Positions 1 through 9,893 of a DNA stretch of 64,000 nucleotides are shown in pieces; position 1 is the stretch's first letter, and every line of letters starts with the position of its first letter. Below the pieces are notes generated by a model, which saw only the letters and a program-made list of their open reading frames with translations, did not search any database and was not told the origin of the DNA. The stretch is from an uncultured delta proteobacterium. Lineage in GTDB: Bacteria; Desulfobacterota; Desulfobacteria; Desulfobacterales; B30-G6. The stretch covers positions 320,001 through 384,000 of the forward strand of contig CAWGLD010000007.1 of the NCBI GenBank assembly GCA_963823335.1, written 5' to 3'. Position numbers and translations under genes: made by a program.

Positions 1-222
1 AATCGGCGAAAAATCGATACCACCTATATTGATGGGTATTCGTCGGCGAATGGGATAGAGGATCGGTTCTGTAGCATTATGAATAAAGCGTACAATGGGG
101 TTGAACGGGTCCGGGTTTACCCACGACAACAACGCTCGGGCGATGACAATCCACATGAATGCAATCAGCACGATGTCAAGCACCTTGGCTACAGCCATCA
201 GAAAATAGCCGATAATATACAT
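1..222 (-). CDS. yggT: YggT family membrane protein (3' end runs off window)
   Basis: Manual translation from ATG at 222: MYIIGYFLMAVAKVLDIVLIAFMWIVIARALLSWVNPDPFNPIVRFIHNATEPILYPIRRRIPINIGGIDFSPI, with the YGGT-type SWV.PDP.NP...TEP.L.P.RR...GIDFSP pattern. Not in the ORF track. Confidence 0.9.
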   Translation of the reverse strand, partial: MYIIGYFLMAVAKVLDIVLIAFMWIVIARALLSWVNPDPFNPIVRFIHNATEPILYPIRRRIPINIGGIDFSPI

Positions 223-380
223 AAAACAACACAGTCCTTCGATCTTTTTTTTGGGCCTGGTTAATAAAATCAGGTTGAAATTTTGATGTCAAACCTAAGT
301 ACATAATGAACAAGAAGTCAAGAATTTTCATGTAAAGTCACCGGCCCCATTCAAGGGAAATAGGGCCTCATCGTTCCGAA

Positions 381-418
381 ATTGAAGAACCTCGCAGCAA
401 GCTGCAAGGTTCTTCAAT
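381..418. repeat. Palindrome formed by two right ends of the 47-bp PATE-like element
   Basis: ATTGAAGAACCTCGCAGCAAGCTGCAAGGTTCTTCAAT matches the ends of the copies at 13571, 29614 and 56124. Confidence 0.7.
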
Positions 419-564
419 AGCTTTTTTTTGTCTTGCTTATTAGGCACTTTGTCATTAGGGTATGGTCCGTTTTGTTTTATCCGGTTCCAACACGATTTTC
501 TGCTGTCTTGTTCGTACAAATCCGTATAGACGCACTGTGAGACGGCAAGAGGGGGTATGCGTTA

Positions 565-1437
565 ATGTCTACAGGAGAAAAGACACTGCTTCAGGGGAAA
601 AAAATCTGTTTTATCGGCACGGGCAACATGGGCGAAGCGCTGTTGAGTGGACTGGTTTCAAATTCCATCAGACCCGAGGATATCATCTGTACCGATGTAC
701 GCGAATCTACCTTGACGCTCATCGCTGAAAAATACCGGGTCCGCACCACCACGGACAACAAGGCTGCCATTCGATCATCTGAGATTGTCATTTTCGCGGT
801 CAAGCCGCAGATACTGGCCCTTGTTCTCAAAGAGACCGCCGAGTGCCTGGACATGAGCAAACTGATCATTTCAATCGCAGCCGGTGTTCCACTCGCTGCG
901 ATTGAATCCTGTCTCAACAGGGAACTGCGACTTATTCGGGTCATGCCGAATATCGCAGCCTTTGTAAAGGAAAGCGCCACAGCCATCGCCCCGGGCAGAA
1001 ATGCCGGCAAAGAAGATATCGCCATGGCAAAAGCCATCTTCGATTCGGTGGGCAGGTCTGTTTTTATCGATGAAACAAATCTCATGGATGCCATTACCGG
1101 TTTGAGCGGCAGCGGTCCTGCATACATTTTTCTGATTGTGGATGCCATGGCTGATGCCGGTGTCAAGATGGGGCTCTCCAGACAGGATTCCCTGTTCCTT
1201 TCCATGCAGACCGTGCTGGGGTCGGCCAAGGTTCTCCTGGAAACCAAAGAGCATCCCGGCCAGCTCAAAGACAGGGTTACGTCACCGGGTGGAACCGCTA
1301 TTGCCGGAATCCACACACTTGAAAAGGGGGGGCTCCGGACAACCTTGATCAATGCAGTGGAAGCAGCCACCAATCGATCCAAGGAACTCGGAGAATTGAT
1401 GATTAAACATTTCGCCGAAAACGGCACCAGCAAATAA
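565..1437 (+). CDS. proC: Pyrroline-5-carboxylate reductase
   Basis: FIGTGNMG Rossmann motif, AVKPQ, RVMPN, TGLSGSGPAY, VTSPGGT. Confidence 0.97.
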   Translation: MSTGEKTLLQGKKICFIGTGNMGEALLSGLVSNSIRPEDIICTDVRESTLTLIAEKYRVRTTTDNKAAIRSSEIVIFAVKPQILALVLKETAECLDMSKLIISIAAGVPLAAIESCLNRELRLIRVMPNIAAFVKESATAIAPGRNAGKEDIAMAKAIFDSVGRSVFIDETNLMDAITGLSGSGPAYIFLIVDAMADAGVKMGLSRQDSLFLSMQTVLGSAKVLLETKEHPGQLKDRVTSPGGTAIAGIHTLEKGGLRTTLINAVEAATNRSKELGELMIKHFAENGTSK

Positions 1438-1579
1438 AACCCGGTTTCGGAAACCTCTATGACGTTGATATCTTAAGGGAATATACTGGTATACGACCTT
1501 CTAAATTCGACATTAAAAAAAAGATCTTTTATCACGAAAAAGACCATGACATTTTTATTATAACTATTTGATATATATC

Positions 1580-2284
1580 ATGTTTACTGAAACCGTTTCC
1601 TATTCCGCCGCGTTTGTGGCCGGACTGTTATCCTTTTTTTCTCCGTGTGTCCTCCCGCTGATACCGGCCTATTTTACCTTTATTTCCGGATTGTCTCTGG
1701 AGGAACTTACCCATGGCTACACTGCTGAAATCCGGAGAAAAGTCTTCTTCTCGACCATGTCTTTCATCGCAGGCTTCTCGGTAATTTTTATCCTGCTGGG
1801 AGCTTCCGCGTCTTATCTGGGTGGACTGACACACGATTACCGGGGTATCATCCGTGTTGCCGGTGGGGCTCTGATCGTTATACTGGGAATTCATTTGACG
1901 GGTATTGTCCGAATACCGTTCCTCGAATTTGAAAAAAAATTTCACCTGAAACAAAAACCATTGAATATTTTTGGAACATTTCTGGTGGGCATGGCATTCG
2001 GTGCCGGGTGGAGCCCCTGTACAGGGCCACAACTCGGATCCATTCTCGCTCTGGCCATGGGTAAAGGAACCGTCTGGCACGGCATCGGACTGTTAAGCAC
2101 CTACTCGGCGGGGATGGCGCTACCCTTTGTGGCCATATCGGTCTTTATCAATTATATGCTCGTTTTTGTCCGCAAAACATCCCGTTTTATGCCACTATTC
2201 AACAAAGTAGCAGGAACCATATTGATCCTGATCGGCCTGCTTCTCCTGGCGGACAAGCTCTATATTCTGACAGGAACAGGATAA
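1580..2284 (+). CDS. ccdA: Cytochrome c biogenesis protein CcdA
   Basis: SFFSPCVLPLIPAY and GWSPCTGP motifs, multiple TM helices. ATG 1580 preferred over TTG 1568. Confidence 0.92.
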   Translation: MFTETVSYSAAFVAGLLSFFSPCVLPLIPAYFTFISGLSLEELTHGYTAEIRRKVFFSTMSFIAGFSVIFILLGASASYLGGLTHDYRGIIRVAGGALIVILGIHLTGIVRIPFLEFEKKFHLKQKPLNIFGTFLVGMAFGAGWSPCTGPQLGSILALAMGKGTVWHGIGLLSTYSAGMALPFVAISVFINYMLVFVRKTSRFMPLFNKVAGTILILIGLLLLADKLYILTGTG

Positions 2285-2291
2285 TCACAAC

Positions 2292-2753
2292 ATGAAAAAT
2301 CACATAAAATTCAGCATATGCCTGACAGCAGCCCTGCTGATATGGGCTGTAGCGCTGCCTGTAACCGGTGCCGACCAGATTAAGTGGTACCCCCATGAAG
2401 AGGGGACGGCCCTGGGAGTCTTGGAAGGCAAAAAAGTTTTCATCTTTTTCCACGCGGACTGGTGCAGATACTGTGAAACCATGGACCGGAAGACCTTTCA
2501 GGATGCCGGCATCATCTCTTATTTAACTTCACACTTCATCTCTATTAAAGTCGACGTGGAACGGGAAAAATCCATTGCAAAGAAATACAATATCAATCCC
2601 CTGCCGGACTGCTGGTTTCTATCCGAAAAGGGAGACATCATTGGGAACAGACCTGGATATCTGTCGGCCGAAGACCTGATGCCGATTCTCCAGTTTATCA
2701 AGACGGAAAGCTTTTTAAAGATGAGTTACCAGCAGTTCAAAGAGAGCCTGTAA
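2292..2753 (+). CDS. Exported thioredoxin-family protein (SoxW/DUF255-like)
   Basis: Signal peptide, WCRYC motif, directly after ccdA. Confidence 0.85.
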   Translation: MKNHIKFSICLTAALLIWAVALPVTGADQIKWYPHEEGTALGVLEGKKVFIFFHADWCRYCETMDRKTFQDAGIISYLTSHFISIKVDVEREKSIAKKYNINPLPDCWFLSEKGDIIGNRPGYLSAEDLMPILQFIKTESFLKMSYQQFKESL

Positions 2754-2799
2754 GCAGATTAAATCCTGTTGAACCCGTTCTTTTCATGTACAAAAGCTG

Positions 2800-3075
2800 C
2801 TATCGGAAGAGATCTCCCTGTCTCGAAAATCGCCGGACAAGTCGAATCGATATTGAAATAATGACATAAAGACACATGAGTAACAGACTGGCCGGTAACC
2901 ATTGATGGGAAGTGTATTCTGAATTGACCTGTGCGACCCATAAACCACAAGCACTGAACAGCGACACTATAACCATCAAGAAGATGACCACGACACACAA
3001 CGTTTCGGAGTCATACCAGGGAGAAATGGTTTTTCTGAACAAAGGGCTTTGGTCGAATCTCATAATCTGACCCAT
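2800..3075 (-). CDS. Small hypothetical membrane protein (2 TM)
   Basis: Two hydrophobic helices, fills an otherwise empty gap. Start may be 3063. Confidence 0.6.
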   Translation of the reverse strand: MGQIMRFDQSPLFRKTISPWYDSETLCVVVIFLMVIVSLFSACGLWVAQVNSEYTSHQWLPASLLLMCLYVIISISIRLVRRFSRQGDLFR

Positions 3076-3112
3076 ATCACGTGGCCCGTCAACATATCAA
3101 GTAAAAGTGATT

Positions 3113-3236
3113 GGATCATCTCCCATTGGGTTGATCCAGTTGAAGGGTTCGAGGGTCCGAGGGTGATACAAGGGTTCGAGAGTAGCTAACGGCTGTAAGC
3201 AGAAAGCAACATCCCAGCCTTCGAGCATCCAAGCAT
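3113..3236 (+). repeat. Left end of the GGATCATCTCCCA element plus 8-mer repeat tracts
   Basis: GGATCATCTCCCAttggGTTGATCCA resembles the element end at 15105. GGGTCCGAGGGTGATACAAGGGTTCGAGAGTA recurs inverted at ~30781-30813. Confidence 0.65.
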
Positions 3237-3275
3237 AAATAGGGTGCTATAATTCCTTTGCCACGGTGGAATAGA

Positions 3276-3323
3276 TCACAACATATTGTAATATTTGTGT
3301 TGACAAGTATCAACATGTTGTTG
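3276..3323 (+). promoter_or_regulatory. Tandem NrdR boxes flanking a TTGACA -35 upstream of nrdD
   Basis: tcaCAACATATTGtaa (3276-3291) and tatCAACATGTTGttg (3308-3323), 32 bp apart, fit the acaCwAtATaTwGtgt consensus. TTGACA at 3300-3305. Confidence 0.8.
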
Positions 3324-3573
3324 TAGAAGCGGTTTCATCCTTCAGTATCCATCGTGTGGTACGTTGACTCCAAAAACCTTCAATTTACAAGTGGCGCATC
3401 CATAGCAGAACAGCAATTTGACAGTTTCTGCTCTGGCTTTTCGGTCAAAGGAGACGGCATGTCTCCGTTAGTTCAGGTTCGGAACCGCGTGCCAAGCACG
3501 CGGTTTGTAGAACAATGAAAACAGGGGATTTTTCAGCGATCTCCTCCAACAAGACAGGCGAGAGGAAAAACAC

Positions 3574-5787
3574 GTGTTCGAGCAGATAAAGAAACGGGAC
3601 GGCAGAATTCAGAAATTCGATTCAAAAAATATCATAGAAGCTATCGCCAAAGCTGGAAAAGCCACCGGAGAATTTACAGAAAGAGAAGCCAAAAAACTGA
3701 CGCTTCGCGTCCTTACCCTGGCCCATGAACTCAGACTGGCCTCGATACCGGAAGTGGAAGAAATTCAGGACATCGTCGAAAGAGTACTGCTCGATTCACC
3801 CTTTTACAAAACAGCCAAGGCCTATATCCTTTATCGGGAGCAGCACGCCCAGATCCGCCGAATTGCCACGGAAGCCAATGTCGATCTGGTTGAACACTAT
3901 ATCCAAAAACTGGACTGGAAGATTAAAGAGAACAGCAATATGTGCTATTCTCTGCAGGGACTCAACAATTACATCAGTTCGGACATCACCTCGGAATATT
4001 GGCTCAACAGTATCTATCCCCCGGAAATCAGGCGGGCGCATAAAACTGGTGACATGCATATACACGACCTCAGTCTCCTGTCCGTCTACTGTGTGGGCTG
4101 GGACCTGAAGGATCTTCTCGTCATGGGTTTCAGAGGGGTTGAGGGCAAGGTTGAAAGCGCCCCGCCCAAGCACCTCCGATCAGCCCTGGGTCAAATCGTC
4201 AACTTTTTCTATACGCTGCAGGGTGAAGCAGCCGGCGCCCAGGCGCTATCGAATTTCGACACATTGCTAGCGCCCTTTATCCGCTACGACAACCTCGACT
4301 ACAAGGATGTCAAACAAGCGTTGCAGGAATTCATTTTCAATATCAACATCCCCACACGGGTGGGGTTCCAGACTCCCTTTACCAACATTACCATGGATCT
4401 CTATGTTCCATCCATCCTTAAAGATCACCCGATCATCCTGGGAGGTCAGGAACAAGATGCCACCTATGCCGATTTTCAACCGGAGATGGACATCCTGAAT
4501 ATGGCTTTTGCGGAGGTTATGATGGAAGGCGACGCCAAAGGCCGGGTCTTTACCTTCCCCATACCGACGTATAACATTACAAAAGACTTTGACTGGGAAA
4601 ATCCCAACCTGGACATGATATGGAAAATGACCGGCAAATACGGCATCCCCTATTTCTCCAATTTCGTCAATTCGGACATGTCGCCTGAAGACGCACGATC
4701 CATGTGCTGTCGACTTCGCCTTGACAACCGTGAACTTCTAAAACGGGGCGGTGGTTTGTTCGGTGCCAATCCACTCACCGGATCCATCGGTGTTGTCACC
4801 ATCAACCTGCCGAGGATTGGCGTTTCAGCAGAGAATAGAACCGAATTCTTCCAGACCGTCCAGGAAAACATTCTTCTGGCCATCAAGAGCCTGGCCATCA
4901 AACGAAAGGTCCTGGAACGATTTACCGAAAAGAATCTCTATCCATATTCCAAGTTCTATTTGAGGGACATCAAGGAGGGATCCGGTCTTTACTGGAAAAA
5001 CCACTTCTCAACCATCGGGATCATCGGTATGAACGAAGCGTGCCTGAATTTTCTGGGAGAAGACATCGCCAGCAAAGCAGGCCACACGTTTGCACTGGAA
5101 GTCATGGACTATATTCGTGATATCATTTCTGAAATTCAAGAAGAAACCGGCGATATCTTCAATCTTGAAGCAACACCGGCAGAAGGAACTTCTTATCGAC
5201 TGGCCATGCTGGATAAAAATCTTTACCCGGAAATCATCTGTGCCAACGAGGCAGATTACCAGACCGGCGCAGCTCCCTATTACACCAATTCGACCCAGCT
5301 GCCGGTCAATTACACAGATGATGTTTTTGAAACCCTGCAACTTCAGGACACGCTTCAGACAAAATATACCGGTGGAACAGTCCTGCATATTTTTCTAGGA
5401 GAACAGGTTGAAGATCCAGCAGTAACCAAACAGCTCATCAGGAAAATTTCCAATAAATTTCACCTGCCCTACTTTACCCTCTCTCCTACATTCAGTATCT
5501 GCCCTTCCCACGGCTACCTGAAAGGCGAAAAGTCCCTGTGTGACTGCTGCAGCCAGGACACCGAAATCTACTCGCAGGTGGTGGGGTACTTGAGACCGAT
5601 CAAACAGTGGAACCCCGGTAAGCAGGCTGAGGTCAATCTGCGAAAAACCTACAAGGCGCTCGACCAGGCCAACCATCCGGGCACGGGAGCAGAAATAAGA
5701 CCTTCTGGGGAATGCTATAATCCCGCCCCATCATGTGACAGCGGTATAAACCGGGAAAAGACACCGCAACAGCGCGTGGCAAAATAG
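3574..5787 (+). CDS. nrdD: Class III anaerobic ribonucleoside-triphosphate reductase with N-terminal ATP cone
   Basis: IKKRDG ATP cone, HIHDL, SMCCRL, EATPAEG, CPSH..CDCC Zn site, C-terminal YSQVVGYLRP glycyl-radical loop. Confidence 0.96.
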   Translation: MFEQIKKRDGRIQKFDSKNIIEAIAKAGKATGEFTEREAKKLTLRVLTLAHELRLASIPEVEEIQDIVERVLLDSPFYKTAKAYILYREQHAQIRRIATEANVDLVEHYIQKLDWKIKENSNMCYSLQGLNNYISSDITSEYWLNSIYPPEIRRAHKTGDMHIHDLSLLSVYCVGWDLKDLLVMGFRGVEGKVESAPPKHLRSALGQIVNFFYTLQGEAAGAQALSNFDTLLAPFIRYDNLDYKDVKQALQEFIFNINIPTRVGFQTPFTNITMDLYVPSILKDHPIILGGQEQDATYADFQPEMDILNMAFAEVMMEGDAKGRVFTFPIPTYNITKDFDWENPNLDMIWKMTGKYGIPYFSNFVNSDMSPEDARSMCCRLRLDNRELLKRGGGLFGANPLTGSIGVVTINLPRIGVSAENRTEFFQTVQENILLAIKSLAIKRKVLERFTEKNLYPYSKFYLRDIKEGSGLYWKNHFSTIGIIGMNEACLNFLGEDIASKAGHTFALEVMDYIRDIISEIQEETGDIFNLEATPAEGTSYRLAMLDKNLYPEIICANEADYQTGAAPYYTNSTQLPVNYTDDVFETLQLQDTLQTKYTGGTVLHIFLGEQVEDPAVTKQLIRKISNKFHLPYFTLSPTFSICPSHGYLKGEKSLCDCCSQDTEIYSQVVGYLRPIKQWNPGKQAEVNLRKTYKALDQANHPGTGAEIRPSGECYNPAPSCDSGINREKTPQQRVAK

Positions 5788-5823
5788 CAACAATGTAAGG
5801 ATTTCATTGATCGGCAACCCTTC

Positions 5824-6522
5824 ATGATATTCGGTGGTCTTCAAAAACAGTCCCTGATCGACTTTCCCGGAAAGATCAGCTGTGTCCTTTTTACATCCGG
5901 ATGCAATTTCACCTGTCCCTACTGCCACAATCCTGACCTGGCCCGTGGACAGATTCATCCGTCCCGTATCTTGACAGAAGAAAGCATATACGATTTTCTT
6001 GAAAAACGTAAAGACTTCCTGGATGGCGTCGTCATCTCGGGTGGAGAGCCGACCCTCCACCGGGATCTTTCGACCATCTGTCACACCATCAAAAAAATGG
6101 GATATCCCGTCAAGCTGGATACCAATGGAAGCCGGCCTGAAATTCTGGAGCAGTTAATCCAGAACCAGGATGTCGACTACATCGCCATGGATATCAAATC
6201 AGACCCCGCCGCCTATCCTCGCGAAATTTCGAGCAATGAGCATACGGCCGCTATTCTTGAGAGCATTGCCCTCATCATGACCGCCGGAATTTCATATGAA
6301 TTTCGTACGACATGCATCAAGCCGTTTTTAGACCGACCCATTGTCGAAAAAATAGCACACGCCATCCAGGGTGCTCAATGTTATGCCCTGCAACAATTCA
6401 AGGATGCGAACGTGCTGTCACCGGAGTATTTTCGCCACAGATCACCCCACTATTCACGCGCAGACCTGGAACAGTTTCAGACCCTGGCAGCCCCTTGGGT
6501 AGAAGCGTGTATTGTTCGTTAG
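5824..6522 (+). CDS. nrdG: Anaerobic RNR activating radical SAM protein
   Basis: GCNFTCPYCHNP, SGGEPTL, KLDTNGS, directly after nrdD. Confidence 0.95.
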   Translation: MIFGGLQKQSLIDFPGKISCVLFTSGCNFTCPYCHNPDLARGQIHPSRILTEESIYDFLEKRKDFLDGVVISGGEPTLHRDLSTICHTIKKMGYPVKLDTNGSRPEILEQLIQNQDVDYIAMDIKSDPAAYPREISSNEHTAAILESIALIMTAGISYEFRTTCIKPFLDRPIVEKIAHAIQGAQCYALQQFKDANVLSPEYFRHRSPHYSRADLEQFQTLAAPWVEACIVR

Positions 6523-6806
6523 TGCCCATCCACAAATGGTCTTTTCACGCCCTGCCGGCAACAAGAATCTTTTATTAGCTCTAAACGCGATTCATAAATC
6601 ATATCGGATTCACATATTTCTTGACACATTGGATTTATATTCTCTATGTTAATTAAATTGTTGCACGATTTAATTAAACACGTCGTTATCGCTATTTGGA
6701 TGAAAGGTTTACAAGGTATCGGTCTTATCCCTGGCCTTACCAGGCAAACAGGTTTTACATAGTGAAATACACATGATTCCCTGTCTTGACAAAAGGAGGA
6801 GATGAT

Positions 6807-8717
6807 ATGACAACCCCGTACGATGCAGTGTTTAAAAAATCCATTGAAGACCCGAACGCGTTCTGGGCCGAAGCCGCTGAAGACTGTCACTGGTATAAAA
6901 AATGGGACAAGGTCCTCGACGACACCCACAAACCATTCTACCGCTGGTTTGCGGGCGGAGAAATCAATACCTGTTACAATGCCCTGGATTTTCACGTAGA
7001 GCAGGGCAGAGGGGACCAGTATGCCTTGATATACGACAGTCCTGTCACCAATACCGTTAAAAAATATACCTACAGCGAACTCCGGGACGACGTTGCCAAA
7101 TTTGCCGGTGTTCTGGCAGATCTGGATGTGCAAAAAGGGGATCGGGTCCTGATCTATATGCCCATGATCGCCGAAGCAGCCATTTCCATGCTGGCCTGTG
7201 CACGTATCGGGGCTGTTCACTCGGTCGTATTTGGTGGGTTTGCACCAAACGAACTGGCAACCCGCATCAATGATGCCAAGCCAAAGGTCATTGTTTCAGC
7301 GTCCTGCGGTATCGAAGTTTCCCGCGTCATCCCCTATAAACCCCTGCTGGATGCGGCCATTAACATGGCAAAAAGTGATTCCAAGCCCCAAAATTGTGTC
7401 ATTCTGCAGCGACCCATGGAAACAGCCGGTATGGTAGCGGGACGAGACCTGGACTGGCATGAGGCCGTGACGGCCGCAACACCCCACGACTGTGTTCCGG
7501 TGGCAGCTACAGACCCCCTCTATATTCTGTACACATCAGGTACGACGGGTGAGCCCAAAGGTGTTGTGCGGGACAACGGCGGTCATGTGGTGGCGCTGAA
7601 GTGGAGCATGAAGAATATCTACAACATCGATGCCGGTGATGTCTATTGGGCGGCTTCCGATGTAGGATGGGTGGTGGGTCACTCCTATATCATTTATGCC
7701 CCGCTCTTTAAAGGTTGCACCACGATTCTGTTCGAAGGCAAACCGGTTGGCACACCGGATGCGGGTGTTTTCTGGCGCGTCATATCAGACCATGGCGTCA
7801 AGACCATGTTTACCGCACCTACGGCTTTCCGTGCCATCAAACGCGAAGATCCAACCGCCGCGCTTACCAAGAAGTATGATCTCTCGAAATTCAAAACACT
7901 ATTTTTGGCGGGTGAACGCCTCGATCCGGACACACTCCACTGGGCGGAAAAGCATCTGGGAATTCCGGTAATCGATCACTGGTGGCAGACGGAAACCGGT
8001 TGGGCCATATGTGCCAACCCCATGGGCATCCACCCCTTTCCCGTCAAGGAAGGCTCACCCACAAAGCCGGCCCCGGGATGGGATGTCCAGGTCGTAGATG
8101 CCGAGAACCGTCAGGTCAAAGATGGCGAAATCGGTGCACTGGTTGTCAAACTACCGCTTCCCCCGGGCAGCCTGCCGACTCTCTGGAAAAAGGATGAGCG
8201 ATATATCAGCTCCTATCTGGAAGAATTTCCAGGGTATTATAAAACCGCCGACGCCGGTTTTATCGATGCCGACGGGTATGTTTTCGTCATGTCACGAACC
8301 GACGACATCATCAATGTCGCCGGCCATCGTCTTTCAACGGGTGCCATGGAGGAAATCCTGGCAGACCATCCGGATGTAGCTGAATGTGCCGTCCTGGGAG
8401 TGGCGGACGAACTCAAGGGACAGGTCCCGGTAGGTTTTCTGGTTCTGAATGCGGGCGTCGAAAGAGATCATGAAGAGATCATCAAAGAGGTTATCCAGTC
8501 TGTGAGAGATCGTATTGGTCCGGTAGCTTCGTTCAAGAAAGCCACGGTTGTCAAACGACTGCCCAAAACGCGGTCCGGCAAAATATTACGGGGTACGATC
8601 CAGAAGATTGCCGACAACAAGGAATACAAGGTCCCGGCAACCATCGATGATCCGACGATTCTGGGGGAAATGGAAGATGCACTGGTGGGCATCGGCTACG
8701 CCAAGGCCCGTAAATAA
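6807..8717 (+). CDS. prpE: Propionyl-CoA synthetase (acetate/propionate--CoA ligase family)
   Basis: YTSGTTGEPKG, DHWWQTETG, LPKTRSGKILR. RBS AGGAGG before ATG 6807. Confidence 0.9.
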   Translation: MTTPYDAVFKKSIEDPNAFWAEAAEDCHWYKKWDKVLDDTHKPFYRWFAGGEINTCYNALDFHVEQGRGDQYALIYDSPVTNTVKKYTYSELRDDVAKFAGVLADLDVQKGDRVLIYMPMIAEAAISMLACARIGAVHSVVFGGFAPNELATRINDAKPKVIVSASCGIEVSRVIPYKPLLDAAINMAKSDSKPQNCVILQRPMETAGMVAGRDLDWHEAVTAATPHDCVPVAATDPLYILYTSGTTGEPKGVVRDNGGHVVALKWSMKNIYNIDAGDVYWAASDVGWVVGHSYIIYAPLFKGCTTILFEGKPVGTPDAGVFWRVISDHGVKTMFTAPTAFRAIKREDPTAALTKKYDLSKFKTLFLAGERLDPDTLHWAEKHLGIPVIDHWWQTETGWAICANPMGIHPFPVKEGSPTKPAPGWDVQVVDAENRQVKDGEIGALVVKLPLPPGSLPTLWKKDERYISSYLEEFPGYYKTADAGFIDADGYVFVMSRTDDIINVAGHRLSTGAMEEILADHPDVAECAVLGVADELKGQVPVGFLVLNAGVERDHEEIIKEVIQSVRDRIGPVASFKKATVVKRLPKTRSGKILRGTIQKIADNKEYKVPATIDDPTILGEMEDALVGIGYAKARK

Positions 8718-8721
8718 AAAA

Positions 8722-9014
8722 AGGGTTCGAGGGGTAAGGGGTCAAGGGTTCGAGTGACACGAAGTAGAGCGTCAGCGCTCAATGCTTAAGAATTATAAAG
8801 AGATAAATGTTCGGAAAAATCGTATAAACAACGATGATATTCGGTTAGTTGGGCTAGGCAGAGAAAGAAAGGCGTCAGAAATTGAGAGAGGAGATCGGAG
8901 ATGTAGAGAGACTACTAAAAACGATGATCAACTATCTGGAAAACAGACACTTGAATCCTTGAATCCTTGAATCCTGGACTCCTTGTACCCTTTCTCCCAA
9001 TTGGGAGAAGAAGC
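8722..9014 (+). pseudogene. Degenerate four-helix-bundle protein gene inside an 8-mer-repeat-flanked element
   Basis: N-terminus MLKNYKEINV. C-terminus EEIGDVERLLKTMINYLENRHLNP* is in another frame. Flanked by GGGTTCGA and TTGAATCC tracts, with right end TTGGGAGAAGAAGC. Confidence 0.75.
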
Positions 9015-9020
9015 TTATTT

Positions 9021-9371
9021 TTAGCCGATAGTGTTTTTAACGATCCCGATAATCTTTTCAGGATCGAATGGTTTGCTCACGAAGGCCACGGCATTTTGAA
9101 CGGCATGATCGCCGTCGATCCCGCTGATGACAATCACCGGTATATCTTTAAGCCCTTCTTCCTTGCGCAGTTTACGGTAAAACCTGGGCCCCCATTCACC
9201 TGGCATTTGAAGATCCAGTGTGATCAGGTCCGGTTTTTCTTTCCTCACAACTTCCAGGCCTTCCATACTGCTGGATGCCGTACAGGTTCGATAGCCGTTG
9301 TCACTGAAAACGGCTTGGAGATATTTCACAATTATCGGATCGTCGTCGATGATCAGTATTTTTTTTGCCAT
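9021..9371 (-). CDS. Single-domain response regulator (tmc-associated, DivK-like)
   Basis: ILIIDDD, DLITLDLQMP, VISG, KPFD. Confidence 0.93.
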   Translation of the reverse strand: MAKKILIIDDDPIIVKYLQAVFSDNGYRTCTASSSMEGLEVVRKEKPDLITLDLQMPGEWGPRFYRKLRKEEGLKDIPVIVISGIDGDHAVQNAVAFVSKPFDPEKIIGIVKNTIG

Positions 9372-9382
9372 TGTGAGCCCCT

Positions 9383-9793
9383 CTATTCCCTCTTTGTAAC
9401 GTTAGACATCTGTTCCTTCCGATGGCACTCACCGCACATGATGGGACCTTTCTTTTCAGACAGATGGCAGCCTTTACAGTTCGTATGAAAGGCCTGCATC
9501 AGGGAAGGCTGCCCGTCAGATACCCCTATTTCATGGCAGTCGGAACACAGCATGTCTTCCGAGGATTCGTATTCGAGTTTGACGCCGTCTTCGTAGACAT
9601 GATGGCACTCGTTGCATTCATCGATTTCAGCTGCCTCGTTGTGGGCGTCGTGATTGAAGGTCGACGCCACTCTTTCAGGTTTGGGAAATACGCTGTTGTC
9701 TACGGCTGCCATTTCCTCCTGAGAGTAGGCAGCCACAAGAAGAAAAACAGTCAGCAACAAGACCGTCAGTAGACCAATGCCACGTTTTCTCAT
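9383..9793 (-). CDS. tmcA: Acidic tetraheme cytochrome c3 TmcA
   Basis: Signal peptide, FNHDAH, CNECHH, CSDCH, CKGCH, CGECH. Confidence 0.92.
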   Translation of the reverse strand: MRKRGIGLLTVLLLTVFLLVAAYSQEEMAAVDNSVFPKPERVASTFNHDAHNEAAEIDECNECHHVYEDGVKLEYESSEDMLCSDCHEIGVSDGQPSLMQAFHTNCKGCHLSEKKGPIMCGECHRKEQMSNVTKRE

Positions 9794-9893
9794 CTTCTCC
9801 CTCCCCCACCCAATTCACCGATGGAAATGAATACCTCTATCTTAGCGGTTAGTTTGGCAACACATCTGCCTTGATTGGTAAGTTTCAAAGGCA

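Noticed and set aside
591-1433. Long antisense or alternate-frame ORFs here and throughout (e.g. 19141-20034, 23912-24760, 39532-40248, 52747-53511)
   Set aside because: They overlap well-supported genes and carry no recognisable motifs.
8782-8970. 62-aa ORF as a functional gene
   Set aside because: Frameshifted, internally deleted four-helix-bundle remnant.
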